DNA of 64,000 nucleotides from Felis catus. Taxonomy: Eukaryota. The notes below the pieces were generated by a model. That model was not told where the DNA came from and made no database searches. It saw nothing but the letters and a program-made list of their open reading frames with translations. Positions 35,750-48,499 of the stretch are shown in pieces (positions within the stretch are counted from its first letter, which is position 1; every line of letters begins with the position of its first letter). The DNA lies in assembly GCF_018350175.1 (NCBI RefSeq), contig NC_058383.1:744001-808000 (forward strand), in the 5' to 3' direction. Position numbers and translations under genes: made by a program.

Positions 35750-36960
35750 CGGAGCCCAAGAGCCCACCGCCAGACATGGTGGAGGCGCCAGCGTCACCTA
35801 GCAGCCGGTGCCCACGCCCAACATGCAGGGCTGGGTGCAGCTGGGGGCAACTGGGGGCAGCCGGCGTTCCCTGCGCCCGGGATTGCTGGGAGGGTCCCCG
35901 GAGCCCTCCCGCCCCGGCCCCCAGCTCCCCTAGCGCTCGCGCCCCTAGCACCCCCAGCACGCCCGGCGCCCGCCCCCACAGCCCCCGGGGCCCTGTCGCC
36001 TCCGAGTAGCCTGACAGGTGCCCCTGCTGTCGCTTGGAGCACGTGACCACCAGCCGACGACTCGGCGAGCGCCGCCCCGCGCCTGCGGCAGCCGACGCTC
36101 CGGAAGACAACGGCGCGGGCGCTTCTGCGCCGTCGTCCCCGATTGGCCGCGTCCGGGTCACGTGGCCGCGCCCCTCCTCTGGAGGGTGGAGGTCCGGGGT
36201 CCGAGCGCCGCCTCGGCAGTGGCTGGTGCGAGGGTGGCGTTGTCCCCCTCCACCTCCGAGAAATGCACCTGCAGTCCCCCGGGTGTTCGCAGCCTGCGCT
36301 GCTGGCGCCGGTTCCAGCCGAGCGTTCTTCCCTCGAAACAGCGGCCAACCGCGGTCAGAACGACCCGTTCGAGGTCAGAGTGTCCGTCTCCCGAGCGTCG
36401 GTCTGACCCAGAGGAGGTGCTTGGGCCACTGGGCTTCGAGCCCATCCTCACCGGGCTCACTCCCCCCTCCCTCCCTACTCGGAGAGGGGCCCAGGGGGCG
36501 AGGGGAGGTGGTGCCGACCGACTGCAGCCCCGAGCGCGGCAATTAGCCCTTCTTCCTGGGGGAGGGGGGAGCCGGGAGCCGAGGCCACACCCTGCACCTC
36601 CAAGGGCGGCCCGGACCGCGGGCACTTAGCCCCTCCTCCTCCAGGGTGCCCCGCCCGTCGAGGCCTCGCCCCGCACCTCCGACTGCAGTCGCCCGCCCCA
36701 GACGCCGCCCTCAGAAGAGCCGCAGGGCCCCCTCCCCCACACCCCCTCCGCGCTCCGCTGCGGGGAGTCCACCTGCTGCCCGCCGCAGCCTCCCGGGTGG
36801 GAAGCACACCCCTCGGGGACCTGGGGTGGGAGGAGGCGGTCGGGAGTGCCCTTCCTTCCCTCTTCACCACACCCTGCTGCTGCTTCCGAATGAGCCTATA
36901 AACGGACGGGCGGGTTCCAGGGCCGGCACCTTCGGGAGAGCACAGGATGAGCCCGAGGCG
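35750..36960. promoter_or_regulatory. Orphan intergenic CpG island with NF-Y/E-box/GC-box module
   Basis: CpG-dense; ATTGG 36142-36146, CACGTG 36159-36164, GC-rich box immediately after, second gcacgtgac near 36040. Confidence 0.6.
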
Positions 36961-37739
36961 TCCTGTGTCGCTAGAAGGGAAGGAGGCGCTCACCAACAGA
37001 TATGGGGTGTGCAAGGGCTCAGGAACCAGCCCGGAGGAGCTCCCGGCCCCCCAGGCTGGAGCAATGATGAGCACAGAGGTAGTGCTATTGGACGATAACT
37101 GTTTTCCTAGCTGAACACCCACGAGTCCGTAGCGCTATAAAGAAACAGCAGCCGAGTCGGTGAGGGAGAAGGAACGGCCCTTTCCCGTAGAAATATCACA
37201 AGAGATGTAGTAGGGGTGAGGGAAGCCGGGGAGCGACTCGAGGCAGACGCCCCATGGTGCCTCCGCCGTGGCGGTCACCGCCAGATCGGACGGTGCTAAG
37301 ATCAGCGAGCAGAAGCTGAACTGCTTCACATCTCTCCCCCAAGACGTTTGCCGATTAACGGGAACAAATAGTGACTTCACAGTGGAGAAACTTGATCGAC
37401 GCCCCGCAGCCAGGTGATGAAGCCACGGCATAGTCCCTGATGTAGCAACGCGTTGAGAAAGGCCCAACATCACTTCTGTGGTTTTCTCGCCAGGATCCTG
37501 GGAACAGGTCAGAGAAATACAGCAAGACATTGTTCAGCGGAACAGAGTGCTCTCCCAAAGGGCCACGCTCCCGGCAGATAAGGCAGTCCTCAGGAGCTGT
37601 CCCAGATCGGAGGTGTGTGAGGAGCATGACAGCCGAACGCGACGTGGGGCTCTGGACTGGCCCAGACCGGGAAGAGTGCGTTAGTGGAAAACATGAAATC
37701 TGAATCAAGTCCGGAGTCAGTTGACAGCGTGCGCCACGT

Positions 37740-38090
37740 ACTGAATATTCACGTTTTCCCCAAACTTGGCCTTCGAAACCTAATCCCCAGTGTGATGGTG
37801 TCTGGAGGCGGGACCTGCGGGAGGTGCTGAGGTCCTAAGAAATGGAGCCCTCCTGAATGTGACCCGCGCCCTCATAGAAGAGCCTAGAGAACCAGCGTGT
37901 CCCTTGTGCCACGCGAGGACGCCGAGAGAAGACAGCTGTCTGTGAACCAAGAGGCGGGCTTTCGCCAGGCACCAACCTGCCGAAGCCCTGGCTTTGGACT
38001 CCAGCCTCCAGGACCGTGGGAAGCACACGCTTGTCGTTCTGGCTCCCCGGCCTGTGTTATTTTGTTCCGGCGGCCCCACCAGACCGAGAC
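37740..38090 (+). mobile_element. MaLR (MLT1-type) solo LTR
   Basis: aacctaatccccagtgtgatggtg..ggaggcggg, ggactccagcctccaggaccgtggg, ttattttgtt...gaccgagaca. Confidence 0.75.
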
Positions 38091-39149
38091 AGTATTGCAC
38101 CAGAATTAGCTACCTGGCTTTGATATTTATGCCATAGATCTGTAAGGCGTTAACGGTGGGAAAAGCTGGGCAAAGCATTTGCGAATTGTCTGTGCTTTGC
38201 TTTGCTTTGCTTTGTTTTTTTGTTTTTTGTTTTTTGTGGGTTTTTTTGCTTTGCTTTGCTTTGTTTTGTTTGCCAGATTCAGGTGGGCCAGGGTGAATTC
38301 ATCCTTCTCCTGGGCTGGGGGAGCAAGGGGAGTCCACGTCCGGGCTGCCCTCGTGTCCCGGAATGGGGCGAGCTGATGGGAAGCTCGGGTGGATGCCCTT
38401 CATGGGCTCTCGGGTGCCCAACCTGCCTTTACCGGCTTGGCGAGTCCGGATGTGTCCGGCAGGGACAAGCTCGGGAGATTGGAGAGCGGCGAGGAGCCCA
38501 GGTTGGGGGGCTTACGGATGAGCAGGAGGAAGGTGGCAGGAGGCGAGCTTGGACAGCTGGCCAGCGTGTCATGGGGGCCACATCAGGTGAGGTTAGAGAA
38601 GGAATCCTCACCCACCCCTTCGTATCTCCCACCTCCATTTAGTACGGTTTGAGTATCCTTTTGGGTTTTTCTCAATTACCTGTGTAGCATTATGTCCTGT
38701 TTCCTACTTAAAGCTCTGTATCTGGTCCCGCAGCTTGGATGGTTTCTGCGTCCTCTCCCACCACAGAAGAGAGGGATCCCACCCTCCCCTCGGCCTCCCG
38801 TGCCTCCACCGCCTCCTGGCTCACGTCACCTATGCTTTTGCCTGGACATTGTCCAGGTTGCTGCTTATCATTAGACGAGATTGTGTTGCTTGTAGGCTGA
38901 TGCCAAAGTCTAGAAGTCAATCAGCAATATTTTCCCTTTATGGCTGCTATATGAGTTTTATTTCTCAAACAACCTTTTGAACGAGCATTTTCTCTCTTAA
39001 TGCCCGATGGCCTTAAGGAAAATGATTACATTCCATGAATAGCCCAAGATGTTGCCATAGCTTTCTTTGGGCCATATTTCCACAGCTCATGGTTACAGCT
39101 TTTCATTTTATTTATTGAGTTTCTGATTGCCTTTATTTTTTCTCATTTT

Positions 39150-39382
39150 TTTTTATTTTTTATTAAAAATTTTTTTTTCAACGTTTTTTATTTATTTTTG
39201 GGACAGAGAGAGACAGAGCATGAACGGGGGAGGGGCAGAGAGAGGGAGACACAGAGTCGGAAACAGGCTCCAGGCTCCAAGCCATCAGCCCAGAGCCCGA
39301 CGCGGGGCTCGAACTCACGGACCGCGACATCGTGACCTGGCTGAAGTCGGACGCTTAACCGACTGCGCCACCCAGGCGCCCC
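39150..39382 (-). mobile_element. Young SINEC_Fc-type SINE
   Basis: Near-identical to the 1183-1409 copy; TSD attttttctcatttt. Confidence 0.95.
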
Positions 39383-39861
39383 AATTTTTTCTCATTTTCT
39401 AAAGAGCATGCCTTCATCATATCATCATGTTGACACGGCCTCTCATGCTAGATCTTGCCCCAGATGCCCGCCTTTTCCCCTGGAGTGGTCAGTCCCAGAG
39501 CTCTCCAGCCTCTTTGCTGTCCAGGCCTGCTGCCCGGCCATCAGTGTGGACATCACCCCACGAGCCTCCGGACTGGCCCGCTGCTCAGCTGGTCCCATGC
39601 TTCCCCTGTGCTCGGTGTCCTCGGTTCTCTGACATACGTTACAAGCAGGTCCTCAGAAAGGGGAGTCTTTGCGCACTAAGAAGGCCTTTAATTTGCCGTC
39701 CTAGCGGACGTAGACTTGTAGATCCCAAGTCTCCCCCTCAGATTGTGAAGGCGCAGCTCTGTTAGTGTCTTGCTGTTGACAGTTTGATGACGCTTCCTTT
39801 GTAAGAGTCATGAGTTCAATTTCTGGATGCTTTTAACATCCTTTTTTATCCCTAATGTTCT

Positions 39862-40030
39862 GTCTCAGTCGGATGGGCGTCCGACTTGGGCTCAGGTCAT
39901 GATCTCACGGTTCGTGGGTTCAAGCCCCGCGTCGGGCTCTGTGCTGACAGCTTGGAGCCTGGAGCCCGCTTCCGATTCTGTGTCTCCCTCTCTCTGGCCC
40001 TCCCCTGCCTGCGCTCTCTCAAAAATAAAC
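39862..40030 (+). mobile_element. Carnivore SINE, 5'-truncated
   Basis: ctcagtcggatgggcgtccgacttgggctcaggtcatgatctc...aaaataaac. Confidence 0.88.
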
Positions 40031-41004
40031 ATTACAAAATATTTCCTGGCATAGTTTTTCCAAGGGTGTGTGTCCATGCAAACAAATAGGCCCAGGGTCC
40101 ATTTGTTGTACAGAATCCATCGGCCTCACGTGGGTCAGTCCGCCCCCCCACCGCCTCCCAGAACCCAGAGTCAGATACATCGTGTCCAGCAGAAGCATCA
40201 TGTAACATGTATGCATCGAAATGTTTCTAATGGCTGCGATAGGGGAAAAAAAGAAATGGAGGAAATTCATTTGGATAACATACTTTATTTCACCCAGACC
40301 CAGTATATAAAGAAATTATCTCAGTAGTCAACCTAAAATAGAATGAGTTATTTTACATTCTTTTCTTCATACTGAGTCTTTTCAAATCTGACGGGTGTTT
40401 ACACACACAGCACGTCTCTCTGACGACCGATAGGACTTTGAACCGTCATGGTTCACCCGGAACCACCAGGGTTCTGGCTCTGAGCGTCCTACACCCCAGG
40501 AAGGCCAGCTGGGGGTGCAAAGAGTGCCAGAGTTCCTCAAAGGGTCTGGAAGGTTGGGGGAAAAGTACAAAAGCTTGAGCACGTGGTGGGCGTGAGCAGC
40601 TCGTCTTTGACTTTGGCCGTGGGTTGCCGCAGGGGTGTCTTAAGGTGGTATTAGGTTGCCCTCCCATAATGGGTTTTTCCTCCCGTTTTCGCTACAACGC
40701 AGCTTGCCTGCGAAATGGAAAAATAATAAAAGCTGAAAAGCGGCCGCCACCTGCAACGGGTGTGGCCCCACTGCGGCCTGAGCGACGCCCTAGAGCCCCA
40801 TCAGAGGAAAGCCTCGCTTCTCTCCCGTCTGGCTCCCGGGTCGCCGTGTGCAGGCCGCCCTCTCTCCTCTGGACCGGTTCAAGTCCCCAAGCAGGTGGTG
40901 TTACAATCTGTGGGGGAATTTCATCCACAGGCAGAGAATCTGGGGAAGGCTGCTTTCCAGATGGTTCGTGATGGTTCACGTGCAGTCTACCCCCTTCACC
41001 GTTT

Positions 41005-41231
41005 TTGTTTTTGTTTTTTTATTTTTTTTTTAAACGTTTATTTATTTTTGAGACAGAGAGAGACAGAGCATGAACAGGGGAGGGTCAGAGAGAGGGAGAC
41101 ACAGAATCTGAAACAGGCTCCAGGCTCTGAGCTGTCAGCACAGAGCCCGACGCGGGGCTCGAACTCACAGACCGCGAGATCATGACCTGAGCCGAAGTCG
41201 GCCGCTTAACTGACTGAGCCACCCAGGCGCC
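41005..41231 (-). mobile_element. Carnivore SINE
   Basis: Full body; flanking ccccttcaccgttttt duplication. Confidence 0.92.
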
Positions 41232-42554
41232 CTCCCCCTTCACCGTTTTTAAGTGGGTCGTTCAGTGGTATTGTGCGGCCGCCGCCACCGTCCGTGTCCA
41301 AAGCGCTTTCGCTCTTTGCAGAACAAACCCTGTCCCCGTTAAACACGCCTGCCCCCACCGCCTATTCCGTCTTTGTGAGTCTGAAGACCCCGGGACCCCA
41401 CGGAAGCACAATATACTACAGCGTCTGTCTTACCTCACCGAGCGGCACCCATGTGGTGTCAGGTTTCCTCTCTAAGGCTGACATTCTGTGTGCACGGGCC
41501 ACATTTTGTTCATCCGCTCGCTTGTCAGTGGATACTTGGGTGGCTCCCACGTCCCGGCCGTTGGGAACCACGCTGCTGTGAACGTGGGGCGAAAGCATTT
41601 CTTCGAGTCCTTCGTTCCGTTCTTCTGGTCACGTACCCGGCCGTGGAATCGCTGGGTCACCCGGGAATCCGTTTAAGTTTCTGAGGAGCTGGCAGACTGT
41701 TTCACAGCGATGGCACCATTTTGCCTTCTCATAAACTGGTTAATTTTACATTATGTGAATTTCACCTCAATGAAAAGAAAAGTTAAAAGGGGGGAGTTGC
41801 TCAAGGCCAGGATACGGACTCGGGCTTTTCCTCTGAGTGACCTGAGAGCCACGGGTGGTTGTGAAGGGAGAGGTCATGGGACCAAGAAGGGTCTGACGGC
41901 TAAGCCGGAGCAGGGACACCGGCTGGGAGGCTCCTGTGGTAATCTGAGCAAAGAGCGGTAGTGGCTTGGGTCAGGGTCATGGCCACAGAGAGGGGACGCG
42001 GTCCGACTCTGCATCTGTCCGCAAGGTAGAGGGGAACCCGAGAAGAGGTGGATTGTAGGTGATCGGACGTCTGCAGGCAGAGGTCAGGGATGGTTCCCAT
42101 CTGGAGACACGAATCTTGGCACCCTCAGCCGACGACGTGTTGAAAGGAATGCGCGTTGGACAGAAATACGACGTCCAGGGATGGGCATCGAGGGGTTGGA
42201 GGGATGAGGAGGCTCGAAGAAGCCGAGGAGGAGCCGGAGAGCCAGGGGACGCGTGGAGCGGGGTTGGGGCGGAGCACGATCCAGATGAGGCTGCCGCCAA
42301 GCACTGGCCTCCGTGAGGCAGAGGTCGGCGGTGGCCTCAGCAGAAGCAAGGAGGGCTCCAGAGAAAGCAAGAGGAGGCTGGGGGAGCGGATCGTTCCTCC
42401 AAGGAGAGGAACGAGGGGGCAGGCAGAGGAGGGCCTGGGAGGGTTTTTGAGTTTTGTGGTTCGGTTTTTCGGATGCGAGCGATTTTGCTTAGCAAAGGAC
42501 GGGGGAGGGGTACAAGATGTCCCTCAGCAGGTTTATGAAACACACGTGGTGGGG

Positions 42555-42820
42555 TGATGAGTGTGCCCACCAGAACCCCGAACATGACTTCGTTTGGAAT
42601 AAGGGTCTTTTCGGATCTAATTTCAGTAAGAGTCTCGTGATGGGGTCACCCTGGGTTAGGGCGGGCCCTAAGCCCACTGACGGGTGACCTTACAGGAGGA
42701 GAAAGGCAGAAAAAGACACCCACAAGGGGAAAGAGCCGGAAGCAGGAGGCCACAGCAAGGACGGCAGGAGCCTCCAGAAGCTGGAGAGACACGGAGGGAC
42801 CCTCCCCACTTAGGCACAGC
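42555..42820 (+). mobile_element. MaLR (MLT1-type) LTR fragment
   Basis: tttggaataagggtctttt, ctgggttagggcgggccctaagccca, cagaagctggagaga. Confidence 0.6.
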
Positions 42821-44792
42821 AGCCTGGAAGAGCCTCCCTCACGAGGCTCCTTGCAGCCCTTGGCTGGTGCTGTTAGGGACGCAGGGTGAATAAAACAGAG
42901 AGAACCCCTTGTCGACAGTGAGCGCACCCCTACACGGATCTTGGAATTCTGCAGTTTGGGAAAGCTGGCCGGAGCGGGACGGCCACAGCTGTCTGTCTCG
43001 TTCCTTCTAGGCATCCTTACGTTGTTTGCGTGTGAAACCACACCGGGGCCTGGGAGCCACCGTGGCCGGCCGCGGGGCACAGTCACAGACAGCAGAGGCC
43101 AGCAGGTCCTTTGTGGATGACACCTCCCCGGCCCAAGGAGGACCCAGAAGCAGCAGGGGCAGGAACCAGCGCAAGAGGGGAAATTGTTCCCCCTCTCCGG
43201 GCGGGCGCTGCCCCTGGTAACTTTCCTAACCCGGCTCCCGGCCAGCCCCGCCCCCTGATCTCATGTTGGCCCTCGGAGCCTGGCTTGGGTTTCTGACCCC
43301 AGCTTTCCTCCTCTCTCGGGAGTCAGGTTCTGTTTACAAGGCTTTCCTCCTCCTCTCCCTGGAGTCAGGTTCTGTTTACAACTGAAAGCAACCGTGCCAA
43401 ACTGGAGGCAGGAGCTCCCGGAGGAGAGAGAACTGTTCCCTCTGCGGTCGTTGCCCTCCGTCTACTTCCCTGGCCTCGAGATGAGACCGTGAGCAGCCGT
43501 GTCACCGCCCTGTTTCCACTCCTGCCGGGCTGTGACCAGCAGCAGCGGGGAGGCGGGCATCGCAGGCACCGGCAGTTTGGGAGTGTGGTGGATGGGCTGG
43601 CAGCCCACCAGGCTGTTTGCTTCCCGGCAGAGAAGCAGACCCTGGCTGCCCTTTGTGGGGAGGCCCCCCAGACCCTCCCGCCTGCCTCTCCTGGTCCCTC
43701 CCTTATGCGGAGGCCTCCAGGACCCCCAGGGGCAAGGTCCTCTCCGGTGTGGAGACCAGGCCGTGGGCTCTGGGTGCAGAGGCCACTTGAGTCATGCTCC
43801 TGAAAGCCCTTGTCTTCACGCACATGATACGTGACAACCAGGAGTGTCCCTTGGCCTGGTGAGCCGGGGTGTAAGGTGACGCCTCAGGCCTGCAGAACGA
43901 TGGGGTTTCGGAGGTGAGCGACCCACCTGCCCGCAAGCCCACGACGTGGGTCCTGAGGCTGTCCCCAGACTCCAGCCTGTCTGCTCCAGAGCTGACCCTA
44001 GGTTCCATCCCATGTACTTCCTGCTGTCACTGCTGTGTAGCAGTGGACATCCCTTACCGGTCACCTCCAGAGGGCCGGCCACTGCAAACACTTTACCTCC
44101 ATTCTCGCACAGACCCTGCAGGTACACATTATGAATCCTGTTGATAGGGGAGGCCCCTGGGGCTCAGAGAGGCCGAGGACTTTGGCCTGGGCCACACAGC
44201 TCCAGCTGGCTGACTCAGGGTGGGTGTGAGGCCGGAGCCGCCGGTCCCCCCAACCCACACTCCCCCCGCTTAGCCCTTGGGGGAGAATAACAACCTACAA
44301 TCTTCCACTCTCCGCACCTCTCACGACTTTATTCCGCACCTGTGGGTTAAGGCAAAATGGGTTTTTGAGTGGCGTGAAATTACTTTGAAAAAATCATGTT
44401 TAGTTCCAAAAAATGGGAAAGTATCAGAGAAAGTTTGGTTCTGTTGCTTCTCTACCTTGACTGAAATCTGGCGGGTTTTTCTTCATTAACTCTTTGGAAT
44501 TTATGTGGTTGTAAATAAATAAATTATACTTGTATTCACTCATAGGATACACAAACATACTGAACTCATTTGTTTCTATGATACATGTAGATATTTACAT
44601 GATATATAAATGTACTGTTTGTAAACATAGTCTGTATTTAGTCATGTTTTAATAACTTCTCTAAATGCAATATAATAACTTTTTTTTAAGTAGGGTTCAC
44701 ACCCAGTGTAGGGTCCCACATGGGGCTTGAACCCAGGGCTCTGAGATCAAGCCCTGCATGAGCTGAGAGACACCCCTTGAAATAATGACTCT

Positions 44793-45026
44793 TTTTTTTT
44801 TAATGTTTATTTTTGAGAGAGAGAGAGAGAGGGAGAGAGAGAGGGAGAGAGAGAGAGAGACAATGTGAGCAGGGGAGGGGCAGAAAGAGAGGGAGACACA
44901 GAATTCAAGGGCTCCAGGCTCCAAGCTGTCAGCACAGAGCCCAATGCGGGGCTGGAACTCATGAACCGTGAGATCATGACCTGAGCTGAAGTCAGACACT
45001 TAACTGACTGAGCCCCCCAGGCGCCC
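44793..45026 (-). mobile_element. Carnivore SINE (a second short SINE lies at ~44680-44775)
   Basis: (GA)n, body, ends caggcgccc; tgaaataat flanks. Confidence 0.88.
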
Positions 45027-45499
45027 TGAAATAATAATTCTTAATAGAACACATAACCACATTAAGTCAAACATTTATTATGAAGATAGCTGTGCCTAAA
45101 ATTGGCAACGTGTCGTCTCTGCACTGAGAGGCCCCACTTGTGGGTAACGCGCTAGCGAAGCTTCCGCACAAGACACACCCTGGGAGGGGACTGAACACCC
45201 ACCACTACGAGAACATCAGGTAGGATTTATTCTGTCCTCAGTGTGGGATACGACACATCCGGCATCGGGGATGGAGTCGAGCCCTCGAAATCAAGGGGTT
45301 CCATCTCAAATCCTAACGTGGGGGGCTCGCTGAGCAGAGCGGGGCACGCACTGGTGCTCCAGGTGCACTGATACCCAGGGCTGCGCGTCCTTACAGGTAC
45401 CTGCTCGTGTGCTGGAGGAACAGCCACTGCTGATCTGTCCGCCAGCCTCCTAGCTGAGGGAAGACATTGAGGGCTGAGAAGGGGACGTTAGCCCTATGA

Positions 45500-45545
45500 A
45501 TCATCTATCTATCATCTATCTATCCATCCATCCATCCATCCATCT
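45500..45545. repeat. (TATC)n/(TCCA)n microsatellite
   Basis: Direct read. Confidence 0.85.
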
Positions 45546-45846
45546 GTCTTCTCCTTACCTAGTTATTTATCTACCATCAATCTGTGTAACGTCCGCCACC
45601 TCCCCATCAAGTGTGGAAGGAGGCGGTAATTAAACCCTCCTCCATGGCCATCATCGTTGAACCCTTCTCATTTTACCCATTTATTCTCCGTATCCTTCCC
45701 TACTCCATTGCCACCCCCGTCCCCATAGGCATCTGTACCGTATGCTTGGTGTCTTTCTTGTTGCCAGTGTCCTCATTAGACATACAGCACTGTTTGGGTG
45801 TGTTTTCGCTTACCTAAATGGTGTCCTGCTGCGGGAAGGAGTCAGT

Positions 45847-46352
45847 ATGTGTTAGTCTGGGTTCTCCAGAGAAACGGAACCAGTGGGAGACACGTCATGT
45901 ACGCGAGGTACGCACCCACAGGACATCTGGATGTATGTACCATATATAACAAGTTTATGTATGTATATATATGTGTGTGTGTGTGTATATAAATATATGA
46001 AATTGTCACATGATTATGGAGGCTCAGACATCCGGTGGCTGGAGACCCAGGGGGCCGATGCTGTGAGCTCCAGTCTGAGTCTGATCCAAAGGCAGAAGAC
46101 CAATGTCCCAGCTCAAGGACAGGCAGGCAGAGAGAGACAATCCTTTCTCCCTCTGCCTTGTGCTCTATCGAGGCCACAGTGGATTGGACGAGGCCCACCC
46201 ATACTGGAGGGGGCCATCTGCCCTATCAGTCTGCTGAATCAAGTGTTTATCTCATCTGGAAACACTCTCACAGACATGCCCAGAATAATCTGTGAGCAAA
46301 TATCTGGGCCCCCGGTGGCCAGTCCAGCTGACACATAAAATTAACCAGCACA
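45847..46352. mobile_element. MLT2-type (ERVL) solo LTR
   Basis: Termini tgttagtctgggttctccagagaaac ... tgacacataaaattaaccagcaca with internal (TA/TG)n. Confidence 0.8.
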
Positions 46353-46751
46353 CCATCTTCCCAGTTCGCCTAGGCTGATCCAGGTTGTTGCCCCACTGGG
46401 CCAGGGCCCCCCTGTGTGCCAGGGTGTCGGGGTCTGCACGACCAGAGGTGTCCTCACTGCCCCGCTCGACACGGCCAGTGCCCATCTACCCACTGCCGAG
46501 TACAGCTTTTCGTTCCTCCCTAGGGTGTCAGGATGGGTGTCCTGGAAGGGAGGGCCTGATCAGGTCCCCTTCCCACGGGTCTGGGGCGGGGTGTGAGGTC
46601 ACGGGGCGCGAGCATCCCTGTGCCCCCGACCTGCGCACCAGCGCTTGGTGGTACCCACCCTCTGCTGCCCGCTGGACGGAGGTGCAGAGAGAAGAAGTTA
46701 CTTACTTCCATTTGCATTCTTTGGATCACAAGTGAACTCAAGCATCTTATC

Positions 46752-46963
46752 TTTTTTTTTTTTTTTAACGTTTCATTTATTTTTAAGACAGAGACACAGA
46801 GCATGAGTGGGGAGGGGCAGAGAGGGAGGGAGACAACAGAATCCGAAGCAGGCTCCAGGCTCTGAGCTGTCAGTACAAAACCCAGTGTGGGGCTCGAACT
46901 CACATACTGCGAGATCATGACCTGAGCTGAAGTCAGGCACCTAATTGAGCCACCCAGGCACCC
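46752..46963 (-). mobile_element. Carnivore SINE
   Basis: T tail, body, ends gagccacccaggcaccc. Confidence 0.9.
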
Positions 46964-48499
46964 ACTTTTAAAATTTCTAAAACTTTTGAGTTAATTGTGC
47001 AAAATACAGATAACATCAAGTAGGAAGAGAAAAGCCCCTACTTGGACAGAATTACAGCTGTCGGTTTTCTGTGCCGTGTGTGCGTGAGCCACGGAGTCCT
47101 ACGGCCCATGCGTGTTGCGGTGAACCGCTCGTCGCTTCCTAAGCGCGTTTCAAGTCCTGGCCTCTGCATTTACGTGACACCGTAAGGCGCTGTCTCTTTT
47201 TCAAGAACTAGCTTTGTTCCTGGACTTGTGTCTTCCTCCCATGATTTAAGTCTACAACGTCACGTTCCAGTCAAGTTCTCTCATTGTGATCTCACACTGA
47301 CTGTCACTTGAAGAATTCTTTCCTTTTCTTTCCACCTGGAAGCCAGTGTCCACACGTACACTGCTTCCTTGAACAGTGAATGAAGGCCTCTCTGTCTTTA
47401 ACTCCCACCTCAGGGCACTGGCACCTGCACTCTTCTCTGCCCAGAATGTTCTCTCCCAAGTTCTCTGCTCGTTCCCTCCCTTTGGGTCTCAAGTGGCACC
47501 GCCACATTTAAATTTGCAGGCCCCCCACATCCTAGCCCTGAGTCTGCTTTGTTTTCTTCCAAGGTGCTCACCACATTCCCAGACCACAGAAACACACGGT
47601 GCTGTTCCCGCATAGCTCTGCCCCCTGGAACACGGGGACAGAGAATTTGCACCTCCGCACCTGCTACAGTACCTGGCACTCAGCAGACATGCGTTCAATC
47701 AGTGCAATCCCAGTAAGGAGGACACAGAGGACTGAGGAACTGTCCAGGAGAGAGTGTGCTGGGTTTGGGGTAAAGGGATCACCAACCGGCCGGGTGAGTG
47801 GGGAAGGTCTAGTGGAGTAGGCGGCCAACAGCGAGAGGGAAGGGGGGCAAACAAGGCAAGTCATGCAAGGGCCCCCATCGCCCCGACAGCGCTCATAGAG
47901 AAGTCTCTCCCTTCTCAGGCCTTGTCTCGAGAGGCTGGACTAGCGTCCTCCAGGGTATTCGTCATGGTGCTGACCCGCCTCGCACAGCTATGGTAACAGA
48001 TGGATTCTTTCAAACCGGTTCACTGGTACATTCCGGTCGCAGCCAGTTCAGTCCAGACGCAGCAACACAGGCCAGATGGAAGCCCGTAAGGGTGGTGAGG
48101 GTCGCAGGAAGCGCTCCAGGTGTGGAAGCTGTTCCCCAGCTCAGGTGCTCACCTGAGTCGGCACCACTGGGTTCCTCCCTGATTTCTGCCTCTTTCCCCA
48201 TCACTGATACTCCCCAGGTGGCAGAGACAAGATACAGGGGAGGGGGGCTGTGGGTTTCCTCCCATCACTGTGTGTGCGCGCGGGCGGTGGGCTTCGCGGA
48301 GAAGAGGCCACTGTCATCTCTGCTTCGACCGCTTCTCCCTTCGACCGCATCCCATCCTGCTCGGTTTCCCCTTTGCACGTGACTCTAGTAAGTGCCTCCG
48401 TTTCTATTGTTTTGGCCAAGGATATTTTTGCCCTCCTGCCCCCACCTCGAAACCAAAACGGCTACCTGTGCAGCTATCTGTGCACCTCTAAGGCGACCT

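Noticed and set aside
43301..43381. ~42-bp two-copy tandem duplication (gctttcctcct...ggagtcaggttctgtttacaa)
   Set aside because: Ordinary local duplication with no sign of function.
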